Positions 40,105 through 53,900 of a stretch of DNA of 64,000 nucleotides are shown in pieces. The notes under the pieces are model-generated. The model was given only the letters and a program-made list of their open reading frames with translations, did not search any database and was not told the DNA's origin. Each line of letters begins with the position of its first letter. Position 1 is the first letter of the stretch. A program made the position numbers and the translations under genes. The stretch covers positions 36,828,001-36,892,000 of the forward strand of contig NC_042998.1 of assembly GCF_006345805.1 (NCBI RefSeq), written 5' to 3'. The DNA comes from Octopus sinensis (taxonomy: Eukaryota).

Positions 40105-40284
40105 TATATACCATACACACACATATGCACAAATATATATATATATATATATCTATATATATATATATGTATATATATACACCACATACAGATATACATA
40201 TATTATTTGTGTGTGTGTATATATATATACATTTTTTATATATGTATGTATTTATATACACTCATATATATGTATACCTATATG

Positions 40285-40334
<50 letters not shown>

Positions 40335-40546
40335 CATATATGTCTAAACATGTATGTCTAAACATGTATATTTATACTTAAATATCCATGCAGAGATACA
40401 TATATAAATATGTATGAGAAGGTATATATGTATATGAGTTTATATCTACATAACGATTTATACGCATGTATGTAATGATGCATACATACATACATACATA
40501 CATAGATGTATATATATATATTATATATATATATATATAATATATA

Positions 40547-40606
<60 letters not shown>

Positions 40607-42476
40607 ATATGTATGTATCATTACATACAGGCGTATATATCGTTATATATATATATATATATATATAAAACATACGGGCATACTTACATTTCTATGTAGG
40701 TAGTTACGTATGCATTGCATATTTCCAACATTTTATATTGGGTTGAAGGTCTTTCATTTCCCACGTCAATAAAACAACCTCGATTTATTTCATTCATTTC
40801 AAGCAAAGCTGCTCTACCCACCTTCTTCAGATATGTGGCCTTGATTATTTTCGGATACACTATTATAAGTTATGGAAACTTCTGGAAATGCAAAGTTATT
40901 TCTTTCCGAAGATTGATTTGTCAGGTGTTTTATTTCCAGGTTTATAGTTAAGATGGCCTGACAAATCTTTTGATTCGTGTTCTGAAATTTTATTCGATAA
41001 ATACTGAGGAATCATATCCTAAATCGTTGCAGTATATCAAATAATTCCTTGAAATAGCACTAAAAACCTACCAGTAACAAAATACAAACAAAAAAAATAC
41101 ATAAAAGAATGCAGAAATGATGGCCCTTTTTAAGTGTCTCGCTGGATTCAATATCGATATTGATATCACAAACGATGCTAATGCATTGTTGAAGAAGATT
41201 TTCATTTGCGCAATGATATGTTGGATACTCTAAGCAAACTTATAGCAATATATGCAGCGTATAAAATAGCCATTTTGAAAATCGAAGCAAAGCATTCTTG
41301 CATTGACTTGCCTATGAAGAACATTTCGATGAACTAAAAATGCGAAAAAAAAAAAGGAAGTTTTTCTTTTGTAAGAGAGATGTAATATGAGTATGATACA
41401 GACTTCTACTTTTACGTGCACATTTAAGTAAAATCTATACATAGGCAAAGATACTTCATAAAGCATCTCCTCAGCAACACAACAAATAAACGATTCTGTT
41501 CAGAAAAACCGGATTAGATCCTCGTGGTGTAGTTCGTACCACGCATATATCATATATGTGTGCACGTGCGCGTTCCAGCCTTTCTGTGTATATATATGTA
41601 TATACGCATAGGCGAACACACACATATCCTGTAATATCATATGGCGTACGTCATAGAATGGAATGTAATAAATTGTAGAAAAAAATATTTGATATACATA
41701 GAGTAGAAGATAGAATTTGTTTAACTTACAATCGAAGACCTCAGTGAAAGCTTTTAATTATTAATCTCGAATATTTGCTAATAAATCATGCTAAGACAGA
41801 TTTGAAACTCATTAGCTAAAAACATATGATAGAATATCAGCAAAGTGCAACAATTGTTATGTAGATATCAAATGTTTTAAAATCTTAAAACAGAAATCCA
41901 GATTTCAAAAAAAAAAACAAAACAAAATCTCTTTTGGTTCCCATCGCTTACCTCCCTTTTATTAAACAAGATTGTATAGTCTCCTATAACGTATCCCAAT
42001 AACGAATAAATTGATGTAGAGCTTTTGAGAATCTCATTGTTAAGCACTTATCGAATGTAATCGGCTCAACAACCACTTACACCGTTAGCGCGAGCTCAAA
42101 GCAAGATTTCGGCGTTTATTTATAACTAATACAGAGACCGACATATTTGGCGCTTGAAGCTGGCTAGAATAAATAAGCAAACACTAGTTCTATATACATG
42201 CATGCATGCATGCATACATACATACATGCATGTATACATACATACATACATGCATACATACACATATACATACATAGATATATACATAATACATACATGC
42301 ATGCATACATACTTACATACATACATGCATACATACATACATACAGACCTACAGACATGCATACATACATACATACATGCATACATACATGCATACATAC
42401 ATATATACATACTCTACAGATCCAATCCATCACTGCAACTGTAAAAGTCTGTAATACTTTATATATATATATATAT

Positions 42477-42566
<90 letters not shown>

Positions 42567-43782
42567 GCCTATATATATATGTATATATGCGTGTGTATCT
42601 ATTTGGCAGGACCACTACTTGACCACCGGTGTGAATGTGTTTACATCCACGTAACTTGGCGGTTACTAAATTAAATTGTTCAAGGCGGTGCCCCAGCATG
42701 GCCGAAGTGTAATCACTGACGCAATTAAATCATTAAAACAAAATATCTTTCCAAAACTGATTTACCAATCTTAATCAAAGCAAGATGAAATAACTGAAGA
42801 TAAACTAATTTTGAAACAACGCATAAGTGTGCGACCTAATTAACGAGTCCTGTGAAATAGAATGATCAAGGTGACAATATATAATTACTATGAAGCCGTG
42901 TGTGCAAACAGACGGCCTTGAAGTGGCGCATAAAACTCTAAGAATTTTGCAAAAACGAAATGTAAAAAATAAATATTTTATAATAGAAAAAAAAATCAAT
43001 CGTTATTATAAAACTCAATATCGTATGGATAGAAAATATATTATAATTGCCCTAATTTTTTTAGTAAAAAAATTCAGACGATGGGAAGGGAAATACTACG
43101 ACGGGTGTCACTGTATGTATGTATGTATGTATGTATGTATGTATGTATGTATGTATGTATGTATGTATGTATGTATGTATGTACGTACGTATGTATGTAT
43201 GTATGTATGTATGTATGTATGTATGTATGTATGTACGTACCTACGTAGGTATGTATGTATGTATGTATGTATGTATGTATGTATGTATGTATATATGTAC
43301 GTACGTATGTATGTATGTCATTATTCAGTGTAATTCAAGATTTCTAGCCAATAGAGAAAGAATCGGTTTCTAACCTAGATCCAAGGCTCCTCCTTTGGAA
43401 TTTCAACATCATCAACAACAGGTTTTTTTCAGTATATATGCATGTATGTATGTATGTATGTGAAGATTTGTATGTTTTATATATGTATGCTCATGCACAT
43501 AGTTACATGTCTAGACATGCTCATATATATATTTAAATGATAAACGTCTGGAAAGTTTTACACATTCTTAAAGTTCCAGTATTGGATTGGATCTGTAGTC
43601 TTCGGATGTGTATGTATGTATGCATATTATTCTTCTTTTTTAGTTCAAGATTTCTTGCTAATAGAGGAAAAGCCGGTTTCTAACCAAGATCCAAAGCTCC
43701 TGTGTGTGTATGTATGTATGTGTATGTGTGTGTATGTGTGTGCGTGTATGTGTGTGTATTTGCATATGTATACGTAGGCAAA

Positions 43783-44560
43783 TGCTAGAACATAAACCAG
43801 GAAAAAAACAATAGACTCAGCTGGACGTAAGCAGGGAATATATTAAATTAAACAGTGAATATATTAAAAGGTAAGTTTTAGATGGGAAAATGGTAGTAGA
43901 AAATGGCATTTCGAGCGTGGCGTTTTGACGGATCCAGAGAAGAGGAGAAAAAGGAAGGAGCAGATAGTTCAGGGAAAAGTACGTTTGTCGTTACATGGCG
44001 AAATAACTGACCGCAAGATGGAGATAGTGTGGTTTTTGAACGCTCGAAATGTCATTTTGTATTACAATTTCCCCATCAAAAACTTTCGTTGGGAAACAAT
44101 TTAATAAATTCACTGCTTACGTCCAGCTGAGTCTATTGTTTTTTTCCTGGTTTCTTTTATGTTCTAGCACTGTCTGTGAGGTGTTGGTTTGGTAGAATGT
44201 TTAGGTGAGCAGAGGTGGTGGCCAACTGAAGTATTTTTCCAGAGGTTGGTATCCGTCGGAGGTTCAGTAAATTTCTCGGTTAGACGACAAAAATTTTTCG
44301 ATTGAGAATTTTTAATAAAGGCACGTCAGTTTCGGCAATTTCCCGTGCCTCGTCAGTTAAGACCACTCGGATGTGCAGCTCTTACCGAACTCGTTTGACT
44401 ATTAGTACTTATTTTTTCGTCATCCAAATAACTGGAGAATTTAGCGGAAGTAGTATTCAGAACTCTCGATCGGCAATTTTCGGACGATTATGGTCCCCGT
44501 TAGTGTATATATTTTCATACGGTTTAGGTTTTATTTCTAGAAATATAGGTGTTTCTTAAC
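43783..44560 (-). mobile_element. Penelope-like element 3' remnant with an inverted terminal segment
   Basis: Minus frame ends AAHPSGLN* (PLE C-terminal P.GLN), HHR immediately after; 43783-43839 is inverted relative to 44108-44169. Confidence 0.5.
44312..44360 (-). ncRNA. Type I hammerhead with degenerate helix III, overlapping the PLE stop codon
   Basis: TTAA-CTGACGA-GGCA CGGGAAAT TGCC-GAAAC-TGACGTGCCT-TTA-TTAA. Confidence 0.55.
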
Positions 44561-44879
44561 ACCCTAGTCACATTTAGTTTTATATAAATATATGCAATGA
44601 GAGAAGAAACATGATCTTGAACTTGCCAATCCTACATTCCACCTGTTACATATGTTTCAGTATTCGGTAATATATGATCTCACTCCATAAGTGTAATCCG
44701 TAGATGCATATCACAAGGGAAGTTTATCTTCAGAAAGATAAAATATCTCTCTCTCCCTCTCCCTCCCTCTACTTATATATGCATATTATAATATGTCAAT
44801 GTATATATATATATATTTGGGCTTGGTGTTATCCTATAAACCCTCAAGAATTGTGTCAATGTTGCGTCATCAAATAGTT

Positions 44880-45500
44880 CGGTTCCTGATTTCTTTAATG
44901 CTCTTTTAAATGTATCACGAACCTTGCCCGTTTGGTCTTGGGTGAATTGAAGATGTAGTGATATGTTCAGCGGAGTACACCTTGCAAAAATTCTTAAATT
45001 AATTCACCGTGAATTGTGTGCCGTAATAGGGGACTATAGAATCCGGGACACCATACCTAGCAATAAGTTCGTCGATAATATCCACTGTAACTGCGGATGC
45101 TGGTTTTCTACATTTACACATTTCTGGCCATTTAGTAAAGCTATGTATCACTATTACATAGTATCATCGGTTTCACGGTCCTGTGAACTCTATGTGCAGT
45201 TTGGACCATGGAATATCGGCAAATCTGCAATAACGAGTTCAGAAGGAATGTATTGGTTATTGCTGGCACTGTCGATGTTCCGCATGCATCAAAGGAAATT
45301 ACTTGTTTTACGGACGTTAGGAAATATGCGTAAAATTCATGTTTGCTGATTTTTAGAAACAAGAGATGCGCTCCTTCGTTAGTTGGATTCATCGAAGATA
45401 TACAATGATTTCTCAGAGCCCCTTTATATCCGTGAATTATATGTATGAACACATCTCGTTTATGGGTAGGGGTTCTCTGATGAAGAAAATACATTTGCGA
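44880..45500 (-). mobile_element. Ty3/Gypsy integrase remnant
   Basis: KCRKPASAVTVDIIDELIARYGVPDSIVPYYGTQFT..KNFCKVYSAEHITTSSIHPRPNGQ matches the rve core (SDNG.QF..HITT.PYHP.SNG). Confidence 0.8.
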
Positions 45501-46558
45501 TTAGACATTCAGTGAAAATCTTTCAAAACGTATGACTAATAAATATGTACATTATTGTAACCCAGATATTTACTTCGCTTCTTTATATTAAGACGATAAC
45601 ACGCTGGTCCCAGTGGAATTTGGTTCATATACCTTGAAGGTACATAGACCATCTAAAATCCTCTCATTATCTCAGTTTAAATTAGAGCAGAATATTTCGA
45701 TCGTACATCAGCAATTGGGAATTGTTCACAAGCTTGTCTTTTCTTTTAAATTTAGAATATTGATTTGTAATTACCTGAAAGCATATATTTCATGGATGTA
45801 TGCGAACTGCTTGTATATTTTTGAATTAAAGTTGCTTAAAATAGACACCGGGATATTCTTATCAAAATGCTGTTGTTATTTGATAATACTTTAGCCATTA
45901 TTTGTATTCTATCGTGGCATCTATAAAAGCAACATTATAATTATCTAAAAACAGCATTCTTATTTGCGTTCAAAGAATTTCATTTTACTGAATATTTGTC
46001 GATGACTTGCATAGGCATTAAATATCGGAAATTGTTGATGTTAATAAAAATAATCATATATATTAACTCGCCTGAAGGGAACAGTATTGGGCTTGGCCTA
46101 AAAACTCAACGCAGCATTAAAATACTTTTGGTTTTATTATATTTATCTTAATGTAAACAAAAGTCGTTTGTTTTTATATTAATTCCTTTGCGAAACACTA
46201 TTCGTGCGTTTAGATATATTTTTACAAATTGTGAAGCTATGATACTTTGTGAAACCTGGCCTACTTTATTGCATCTAATTTACGTTAAATTATATTCGTA
46301 TGTCAAACTATTACATTGGCATCCTATTATGACAATATTACTTTGAGATTTTCAGTTAAAATCACACGATTCACACACTTCATTATTATTTTACACATTG
46401 AAACAGCCACTTCATTTCCTAAATTCTGTCATACGAGCACGGAAGATTCCATATATTGTATAAATTGTAATTTTCCTGCGTGATATTGTTTTCCTTCTGT
46501 AATGTCTGCCTCTCCTCTCCTAACCTCTATCTATCTATCTACATCTCTCTCTCCCTCT

Positions 46559-46590
<32 letters not shown>

Positions 46591-46676
46591 ATATACACAC
46601 ACACATACACACACACACACGTATATATATATAGAGAGAGAGAGAGTTAAATTCACGTGTTATTCAAATTCTTTTA

Positions 46677-46764
46677 CTTCCGACATATATTTCGAAGACT
46701 ACATTGGTATTATTCCAGAAAGAATAAAAGGGTGTAAAACAATGCAATCTTCTCATCAGGGAAA
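46677..46764 (-). ncRNA. Type I hammerhead ribozyme with long helix II
   Basis: TTTCC-CTGATGA-GAAGATTGCATTG...CAATGTAGTCTTC-GAAA-TATAT-GTC-GGAAG; 13 contiguous helix II pairs including G-U. Confidence 0.75.
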
Positions 46765-47282
46765 GAAAGAAATCAAACACATCAATAAGACATTTTAACA
46801 GAATGTGATGACTGCGTATATGATGAAGTTAACGCTATCATTTTTTTAAACCGTTAGTAGATACAACGTCAAAAGTAGTTTATAGAAAGAGAAGGAGGAG
46901 AAAGAAAGAAATTAGCAGAAAACTAATAGTGGAGAGATATAGAGCGATGGGTGAATAGGAATAAAGCTTAAAGACATGGAAGTAGATACATTTAGTGGAA
47001 GTGCAATGTAAGAAGACAGTCAAAGGTCCAATTTTATGGAATGGTAGAAATCATTTATATAGGAACTAAAGGTATATTCTAATTCACCCATCGCTCTATA
47101 ACTCTCCGCTATTAGCTTTCTGCTAATGTCTTTCCTTCTTCTCCTTCTCTTTCTATAAACCAACTTTGACGTTATATCTAGTAACAGTTAAAAAAAATAT
47201 AATACATGATGGCGTACCCGTCATCATATTCGCAGTCATCACATTCTGTTAAAATGTCTTATTGACGTGTTTGGTTTCTTTC

Positions 47283-47369
47283 TTTCCCTGATGAGAAGAT
47301 TGCATTGTTTTACGCCATTTTAATCCTTCTGGAATAATACCAATGTTGTCTTTGAAACGTTGTCGGAAG
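47283..47369 (+). ncRNA. Type I hammerhead ribozyme with long helix II
   Basis: TTTCC-CTGATGA-GAAGATTGCATTG...CAATGTTGTCTTT-GAAAC-GTT-GTC-GGAAG. Confidence 0.75.
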
Positions 47370-47705
47370 TAAAAGAATTTGAATAACAGCTGCGTTTAGG
47401 CCCATTTATTTATTTATGTAAATTATACAAAACATTTCACCTAAACCTGGAGTTTCCACCTTTATAAATGAGCTGTTACATCCTTGATATTTGTGTGAAT
47501 TTTTGCTACCTTGGTAACTGTTAATTTATTTTTTCCGTGTTATTTGTAAACACTGGAATAACATACATACATACATACACACACATACACACAACCCCCA
47601 CTATATATATATATATATATTACCTACGTACCTACCAACCTATCTAGCTGTCTTTCTGCCTGTCTGTTTGTCTATCTATCTGTTCATCCATCTATCTATC
47701 TATTC

Positions 47706-47783
<78 letters not shown>

Positions 47784-49784
47784 TCATCTATCTATCAATC
47801 TATCTATCTATCTATCTATCTATCCGCCAAATCAAGGAATAACAGCCCCGCACATAATGACGTTTGCATTTTCTTTCCACTGCAATACAGCGATCTTGTT
47901 TTCCGCTTGCAGTTGTTTTTGACTCTGGTCCAAATTCTTCTCACAATTTGCATTCGTTACATATTTACTGCCCGGATGTAGACCAAACCCGGACGTCATT
48001 CATACTAGATTTCATGTAACACTAAGTATTTTTTCGTAGACAACTGTGTTGGATAACAAAATTGCAGTCGACAAGAAATACAATCGTAAGCGTTATGCAA
48101 GGATAATTACGCATTAAATAAATGTAAACTGACACATATTACGTTGCTTAAGTATTCTGTAGCATGACATAGGTGTCAGGTATTAAGTACTGTAATATGC
48201 TTCTAGAAAATTCACTTAAATTACAAGCCATTCAGTTACATTTGCTATACATAAATACTTTCAAATTTGCTAATGTTTTCTACTACGACTAATTTCCAAT
48301 AATTAGAATGATATAGAGTATCTTCTTTGTCAGGCTGAATGTACCTGCATGCAGTGTATAGAATTTAGATTTACACTAATAATTTTCAGAAAACCTAATT
48401 ACTACGACATGAATCTCAGAAAATATTAATGCTTTTCCGTATAATGTATTTTACGTACAAATGAAAGCTCAAATATTCGTAAATGTATTTTGCATGGCGT
48501 CTTCCATTTTTATTGTTAAAGCAACTGACATGAAATATGCCCTACGCAAACGTACCTACGCCAACAATATCAGCAATAGAACGGAGTTATATATATATAC
48601 GTATATGTATGTACGCGTCTGTGAGTTCATATATAAATATATATGTATATATATATATATAAGCGTACACACACACATATATATATGATAGCTCTTTCTA
48701 TTTATCTACATATATATATATATACATATATATACATACACACACACACACACACCACACATATATATATATATACTAGCAAAAACTGTCCGACGAACGG
48801 CAACGTGAAAATCAGAGTAACAGGTTTTGTTGAATTTTCTGGTGCTTTAAATAAAGCATATTACTCTACCACTGGTATTTGAGTACTCATTTTTCCACCT
48901 TGTTTCACATTTATGTGTTTACTCCGGTATATATATATATATCTATATATATGCGTATATATATACGTATGTATATAAGACCGATATATATATAATATAT
49001 ATATGTATCTATGTGTGTGTGTATATATATATATATAATTTGTGGGTGAAGAGGGATATAAATAGTTAAATTTGTAGTCACGTAAGAAACCATAGATGAT
49101 TTCAGTAAGAGAAATGTAAGTAATAATAACATTTGAACGACAGCAAATAATCAGTTTTACTTGTTTTATGGTAAAAAAGAAAAAAACCAAAACAAACCAA
49201 ATAAAAAAAAAAATTATATAATATTCAACGACATTTTGATCTGTTTACCGAATCAAACGTTCGCCTCGGATAAGCCTACAGCTAAGTAAAACTGAGAAAC
49301 TGAAGACTTGAATTCATCAAAGTTTGCCATATTTATTGCATTATCTTTCTAGATGGCTAAACCTTATGTTATAAATCTCATGCTTGACCGACCGGTAACT
49401 CATTTAAATATATTCCTTGAAAACAGTTCTTCGACGAAAACATCGCACTTTTATCATAAGTTTCTGCATAATACTTTCCACGAAGCAGATATCGTATCTT
49501 ATATCAACTGTTAAGTTTCTTTTTGCTAATTTATATAGTTTGGATTTTACCGAGTTTAGCTACGTTAATTGCAGCATTCAAAAACTATTCGAACGCTTAC
49601 AAAATGTTTTCATATCATATTTTTTGGTTCTCCTGCTGTGCGAATAATTTTGACTGATATTGATACGCGACTTCGTTGTTTACCTGGACTTAAAGTATAT
49701 AACTGTTACTTGGAAGCCATCAAAAACAAATTCAGTAAACAGCAGGCATAACATTTATATTTAACATACAAAGCTTAGTTTGTT

Positions 49785-49940
49785 TAGGCGTGGCTGTGTG
49801 CTTAGAAGCTTCCTTCCCAACCGCATGGCCCTGGGTTCATTCCTATTGCGTGACAACTTCGACTTACGACTTCTACTATAGCCTCGGACCAACCAAAGCT
49901 TTTGAGTGGATTGGGACAACGAAAGCTGAACGAAGCCCAC
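49785..49940 (+). mobile_element. tRNA-derived SINE (duplicated at ~50871-51027)
   Basis: TAGGCGTGGCTGTGTG..GGGTTCATTCC..ACTATAGCCTCGGACCAACCAAAGC. Confidence 0.75.
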
Positions 49941-50071
49941 CATAACAATCTATCTATTTATTTATCTATATATTTATCTATCTATGTGTCTGTCTCTCTG
50001 TTTGTATCTCTGTCTGCCTGCCTATATATCTGTTTATAAATAAATACGTACAAACATAGGTAGGTACACAC

Positions 50072-50114
<43 letters not shown>

Positions 50115-51132
50115 ATATATATATATTGTGGGTGAAGAGGGATATAAATAGTTAAATTTGTAGTCACGTAAGAAACCATAGATGATTTCAGTAAGAGAAA
50201 TGTAAGTAATAATAACATTTGAACGACAGCAAATAATCAGTTTTACTTGTTTTATGGTAAAAAAGAAAAAAACCAAAACAAACCAAATAAAAAAAAAAAT
50301 TATATAATATTCAACGACATTTTGATCTGTTTACCGAATCAAACGTTCGCCTCGGATAAGCCTACAGCTAAGTAAAACTGAGAAACTGAAGACTTGAATT
50401 CATCAAAGTTTGCCATATTTATTGCATTATCTTTCTAGATGGCTAAACCTTATGTTATAAATCTCATGCTTGACCGACCGGTAACTCATTTAAATATATT
50501 CCTTGAAAACAGTTCTTCGACGAAAACATCGCATTTTTATCATAAGTTTCTGCATAATACTTTCCACGAAGCAGATATCGTATCTTATATCAACTGTTGA
50601 GTTTCTTTTTGCTAATTTATATAGTTTGGATTTTACCGAGTTTAGCTACGTTAATTGCAGCATTCAAAAACTATTCGAACGCTTACAAAATGTTTTCATA
50701 TCATATTTTTTGGTTCTCCTGCTGTGCGAATAATTTTGACTGATATTGATACGCGACTTCGTTGTTTACCTGGACTTAAAGTATATAACTGTTACTTGGA
50801 AGCCATCAAAAACAAATTCAGTAAACAGCAGGCATAACATTTATATTTAACATACAAAGCTTAGTTTGTTTAGGCGTGGCTGTGTGCTTAGAAGCTTCCT
50901 TCCCAACCGCATGGCCCTGGGTTCATTCCTATTGCGTGACAACTTCGACTTACGACTTCTACTATAGCCTCGGACCAACCAAAGCTTTGTGAGTGGATTT
51001 GGGACAACGAAAGCTGAACAAAGCCCACCATAACAATCTATCTATTTATTTATCTATATATTTATCTATCTATGTGTCTGTCTCTCTGTTTGTATCTCTG
51101 TCTGCCTGCCTATATATCTGTTTATAAATAAA

Positions 51133-51517
51133 CTAGCAGTATCGCCCGGCGTTGCTCAGATTTGTAAGGGAAATAACTATAAAGCATTTTTAGAGAGTTA
51201 TAGCCAAAAAATAGCAAAAAAATGGAAAAAAAATGATGGTAAATTTTTTTTGAGAGTTAAAACAGGTGGAGTTGCGTCCCCTAGACGGTCTGTGGTTTGG
51301 GTTTCTCATTCTCGACCCCATGTCGAATTTATCGATTTTTTTCAGAACTGGGGGAACTTTTCAAAATTTTCGCTGCGTTAGTTTTGAATTATGACATTGG
51401 GCTATGTGTGTGTCAAGTTTCATCAGAATCGGTTGAAAGCCGTGGTCAGAGTGAGGGTACGAGAAAACAGACACACAGAAACACGCACAGACAAACTGCC
51501 GTTTATATATAGAGAGA
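51133..51517 (-). mobile_element. Non-autonomous Helitron-type element, 385 bp, exact ends
   Basis: Minus strand starts TC(TCTCTATATATAAAC), ends GCAACGCCGGGCGATACTG-CTAG; sits between A and T with no TSD versus the empty site at 50044/50045. Confidence 0.9.
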
Positions 51518-51866
51518 TACGTACAAACATAGGTAGGTACACACATATGTGTGTATATATATATATATATCTATATATATGCGTATATATATACGTATGT
51601 ATATAAGACCGATATATATATATATATTTGAAATTTGAAAAGCTAATGCGAAACCGGTCTTTCTTCAAAGCTATGTCATTATAAGAGAAAAACATTTTTA
51701 ATATTCTTCAGACATATTGACGCAAATATATATTTTTTAACATTTAAGCCTTCTGTAGTTTTTTCACTTTTTACTATTTTCTATATATTCAACCACGTGC
51801 TTTCACAAACCAACTTTCTTATCTATATATATATATAATATATATATATATAATATATATATATAT

Positions 51867-52420
51867 ACTTAGATAACTTAGATATGTTTCGAACAAAGAT
51901 TGGTCCAGGCCATGTCTAACTTAATAGCACCACCTGATAGGATTATTCGAACCCTGTTTAAGTCAAGTTTTGTTTAAGTTCAAGTAGTGAGTTCTTGTTG
52001 GGTGAGTTGTATCCAATTATTAGTGGCTTATCTGGTATTCTTTCAAGGAATCTATCCAGATTCCGTTTAAAGTTGATGGGATCCTTTTCCTCTTTGATCT
52101 CCCTCGGGACAATGTTAAATAGGGCAGGACCTGTTGAGGAAAAGAAATTATGTTGCAGTGTACATGTATGTTGTGATCTTGAATTGGCCAGGGGACGTAT
52201 GGCCCGTGGTCCCAGTCTTGGATGAACCTTGAAGCTAATGTTAAGGTCGTTTGGGCAAAGTTGGCGGTATATTCTCCACATCGTGCAAATGATGTACCGC
52301 TCACGGCGACGCTGGAGGGAGTAAAGTTTTAAGGCTTTAAGGCGATCCCAATAATCGAGAGCAGCGGTGCCTGTGTCTCTTTGTATCTGTGCTTGGCTGC
52401 TCCACAGTTTTACAACTGGT
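51867..52420 (-). mobile_element. 5'-truncated CR1/L2-group LINE 3' end
   Basis: YWDRLKALKLYSLQRRRERY...GPALFNIVPREIK..FKRNLDRFLERIPDKP..GY...NSLLE*, short 3' UTR and (TATCTAAGT)-type tail. Confidence 0.8.
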
Positions 52421-52972
52421 GTTGGTGTATTTATATCCATGTAACAATCACCAGGCTTTAAAAATAAGTCCTTGGGTCGAATATTTCGTCATTCAACTAA
52501 ACGTTCCTTAAGGCGGTGCACCAAAATGTCCGCAGTCTAATTACTGAAACAATAAAACACACGCACACACACACACATGCATACACACACGCATACACAC
52601 ATATATAAACATAATCAAAGGATAAAATCATTAAATATTAATTAATTTTATCAGTGACCGTCATACAAAGCAATCTAGATAGATATATAATTATATAGCA
52701 GGGAACTAAGACTGCAGAAGACATTGCTAGAAAAAGACGACAAAATTCATAAAATAATTCGGATAATTATTTTATGAACTTTTTGGTTTGTCCGCATTTT
52801 CCGCTTTCAACATGGGACTATTGAAGTGACTATTGTAGTGGTCTTCTTCTAGCATATAGGCACAGTGGCTTTGGTGTCCTTAATTATAAGTATATTCTAG
52901 ATAAATATATATACAAAGTTACTAGAGTGAGCATCTAAGGGATAAGATCAAGATTTCTCCATGTTCTGCATA

Positions 52973-53008
<36 letters not shown>

Positions 53009-53134
53009 GAAAGTTCTACTTGTAAATCATTCAGTAACAGCGATCTAGAGTAACGATTATTTGCCAACAGAACGTGGCAGTCGAATGTTACTGTTATTTA
53101 TTCTCAGGAAACACACACACACACACACCACACA

Positions 53135-53176
<42 letters not shown>

Positions 53177-53290
53177 TTCTTTTAAAAATTTTAATTAAAA
53201 CTGCGGAAAAAAATCGACAAAAACTGGAACTCAAAGAATGAGGTTACCGTTCGTCGGAATTTGAACTCAGAACGTAATGACAGACGAAAT

Positions 53291-53525
53291 ATCTATTTTT
53301 TACTACGCACAAGGGGCTAATCACAGAAGGGACAAGCAAGGACAGACAAACGGATTAAGTCGATTTTATCGACCCCAGCGCGTAAATGGTACTTATTCAA
53401 TCGACCCTGAAAGGATGAAAGACAAAGTCGACCTCGGCGAAATTTGAACTCAGAACGTAACGGTAGACGAAATACCGCTAAGCATTTCGCCCGGCGCGCT
53501 AACGTTTCTGCCAGCTCGCCGCCTT
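53291..53525 (-). mobile_element. Near-intact tRNA-derived SINE, adjacent to or nested in an older copy
   Basis: Minus strand AAGGCGGCGAGCTGGCAGAAACG..GAGTTCAAATTTC..GGTCGACTTTG..CATCCTTTCAGGGTCGA. Confidence 0.85.
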
Positions 53526-53561
53526 CTCTAGCAAATATATATCGCTTTCGATATATATATA

Positions 53562-53613
<52 letters not shown>

Positions 53614-53802
53614 TACTAAGCAATAAAGGGTTTAGCAACGAATTGCCTTACCACATACCGAATTTAGAAATAGCAGTCAAAGAGTTATAGCTATTCTTCT
53701 ACTAAAAAGGGAGATCTCAGTTAAAAACAGCAATTGGAAGGCAGACACAAACAGGTAAGAGAGAATGAATTGACGGCAATCTATCATACAATTTTAAGTT
53801 AT

Positions 53803-53900
53803 CTACGGACGCACGTTTCGAAATCAAGTTTTTAGGAAAGCATAAGAATTAAATATTAAATAATTCTACCTTACCAAAACTTCTTTTCTCTTCAGCGTAG
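53803..53900 (-). ncRNA. Type I hammerhead ribozyme, canonical core, 69-nt helix II
   Basis: CTACG-CTGAAGA-GAAA...TTTC-GAAAC-GTGC-GTC-CGTAG. Confidence 0.85.

Larger units (their letters stand above)
46659..47387. repeat. Diverged inverted repeat, ~300-bp arms, 125-bp spacer, one HHR per arm
   Basis: 46659-46956 vs 47082-47387 are reverse complements. Confidence 0.9.
49041..51625. repeat. Near-identical tandem duplication (period 1086 bp); second copy carries a 385-bp Helitron insertion
   Basis: 49041-~50100 vs 50127-~51560, a few substitutions; junctions in (TA)n. Confidence 0.95.

Noticed and set aside
41440-41475. Minus-strand CTGAGGA followed by a 7-bp hairpin
   Set aside because: No GAAA, helix III or helix I follows
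43345-43425. Minus-strand TTGATGA...GAAACCG in the dispersed repeat as an HHR
   Set aside because: Helix I and the cleavage triplet do not pair
51635-51670. GAAACCGGTC-TTTC half motif
   Set aside because: No CUGANGA core or helix II upstream
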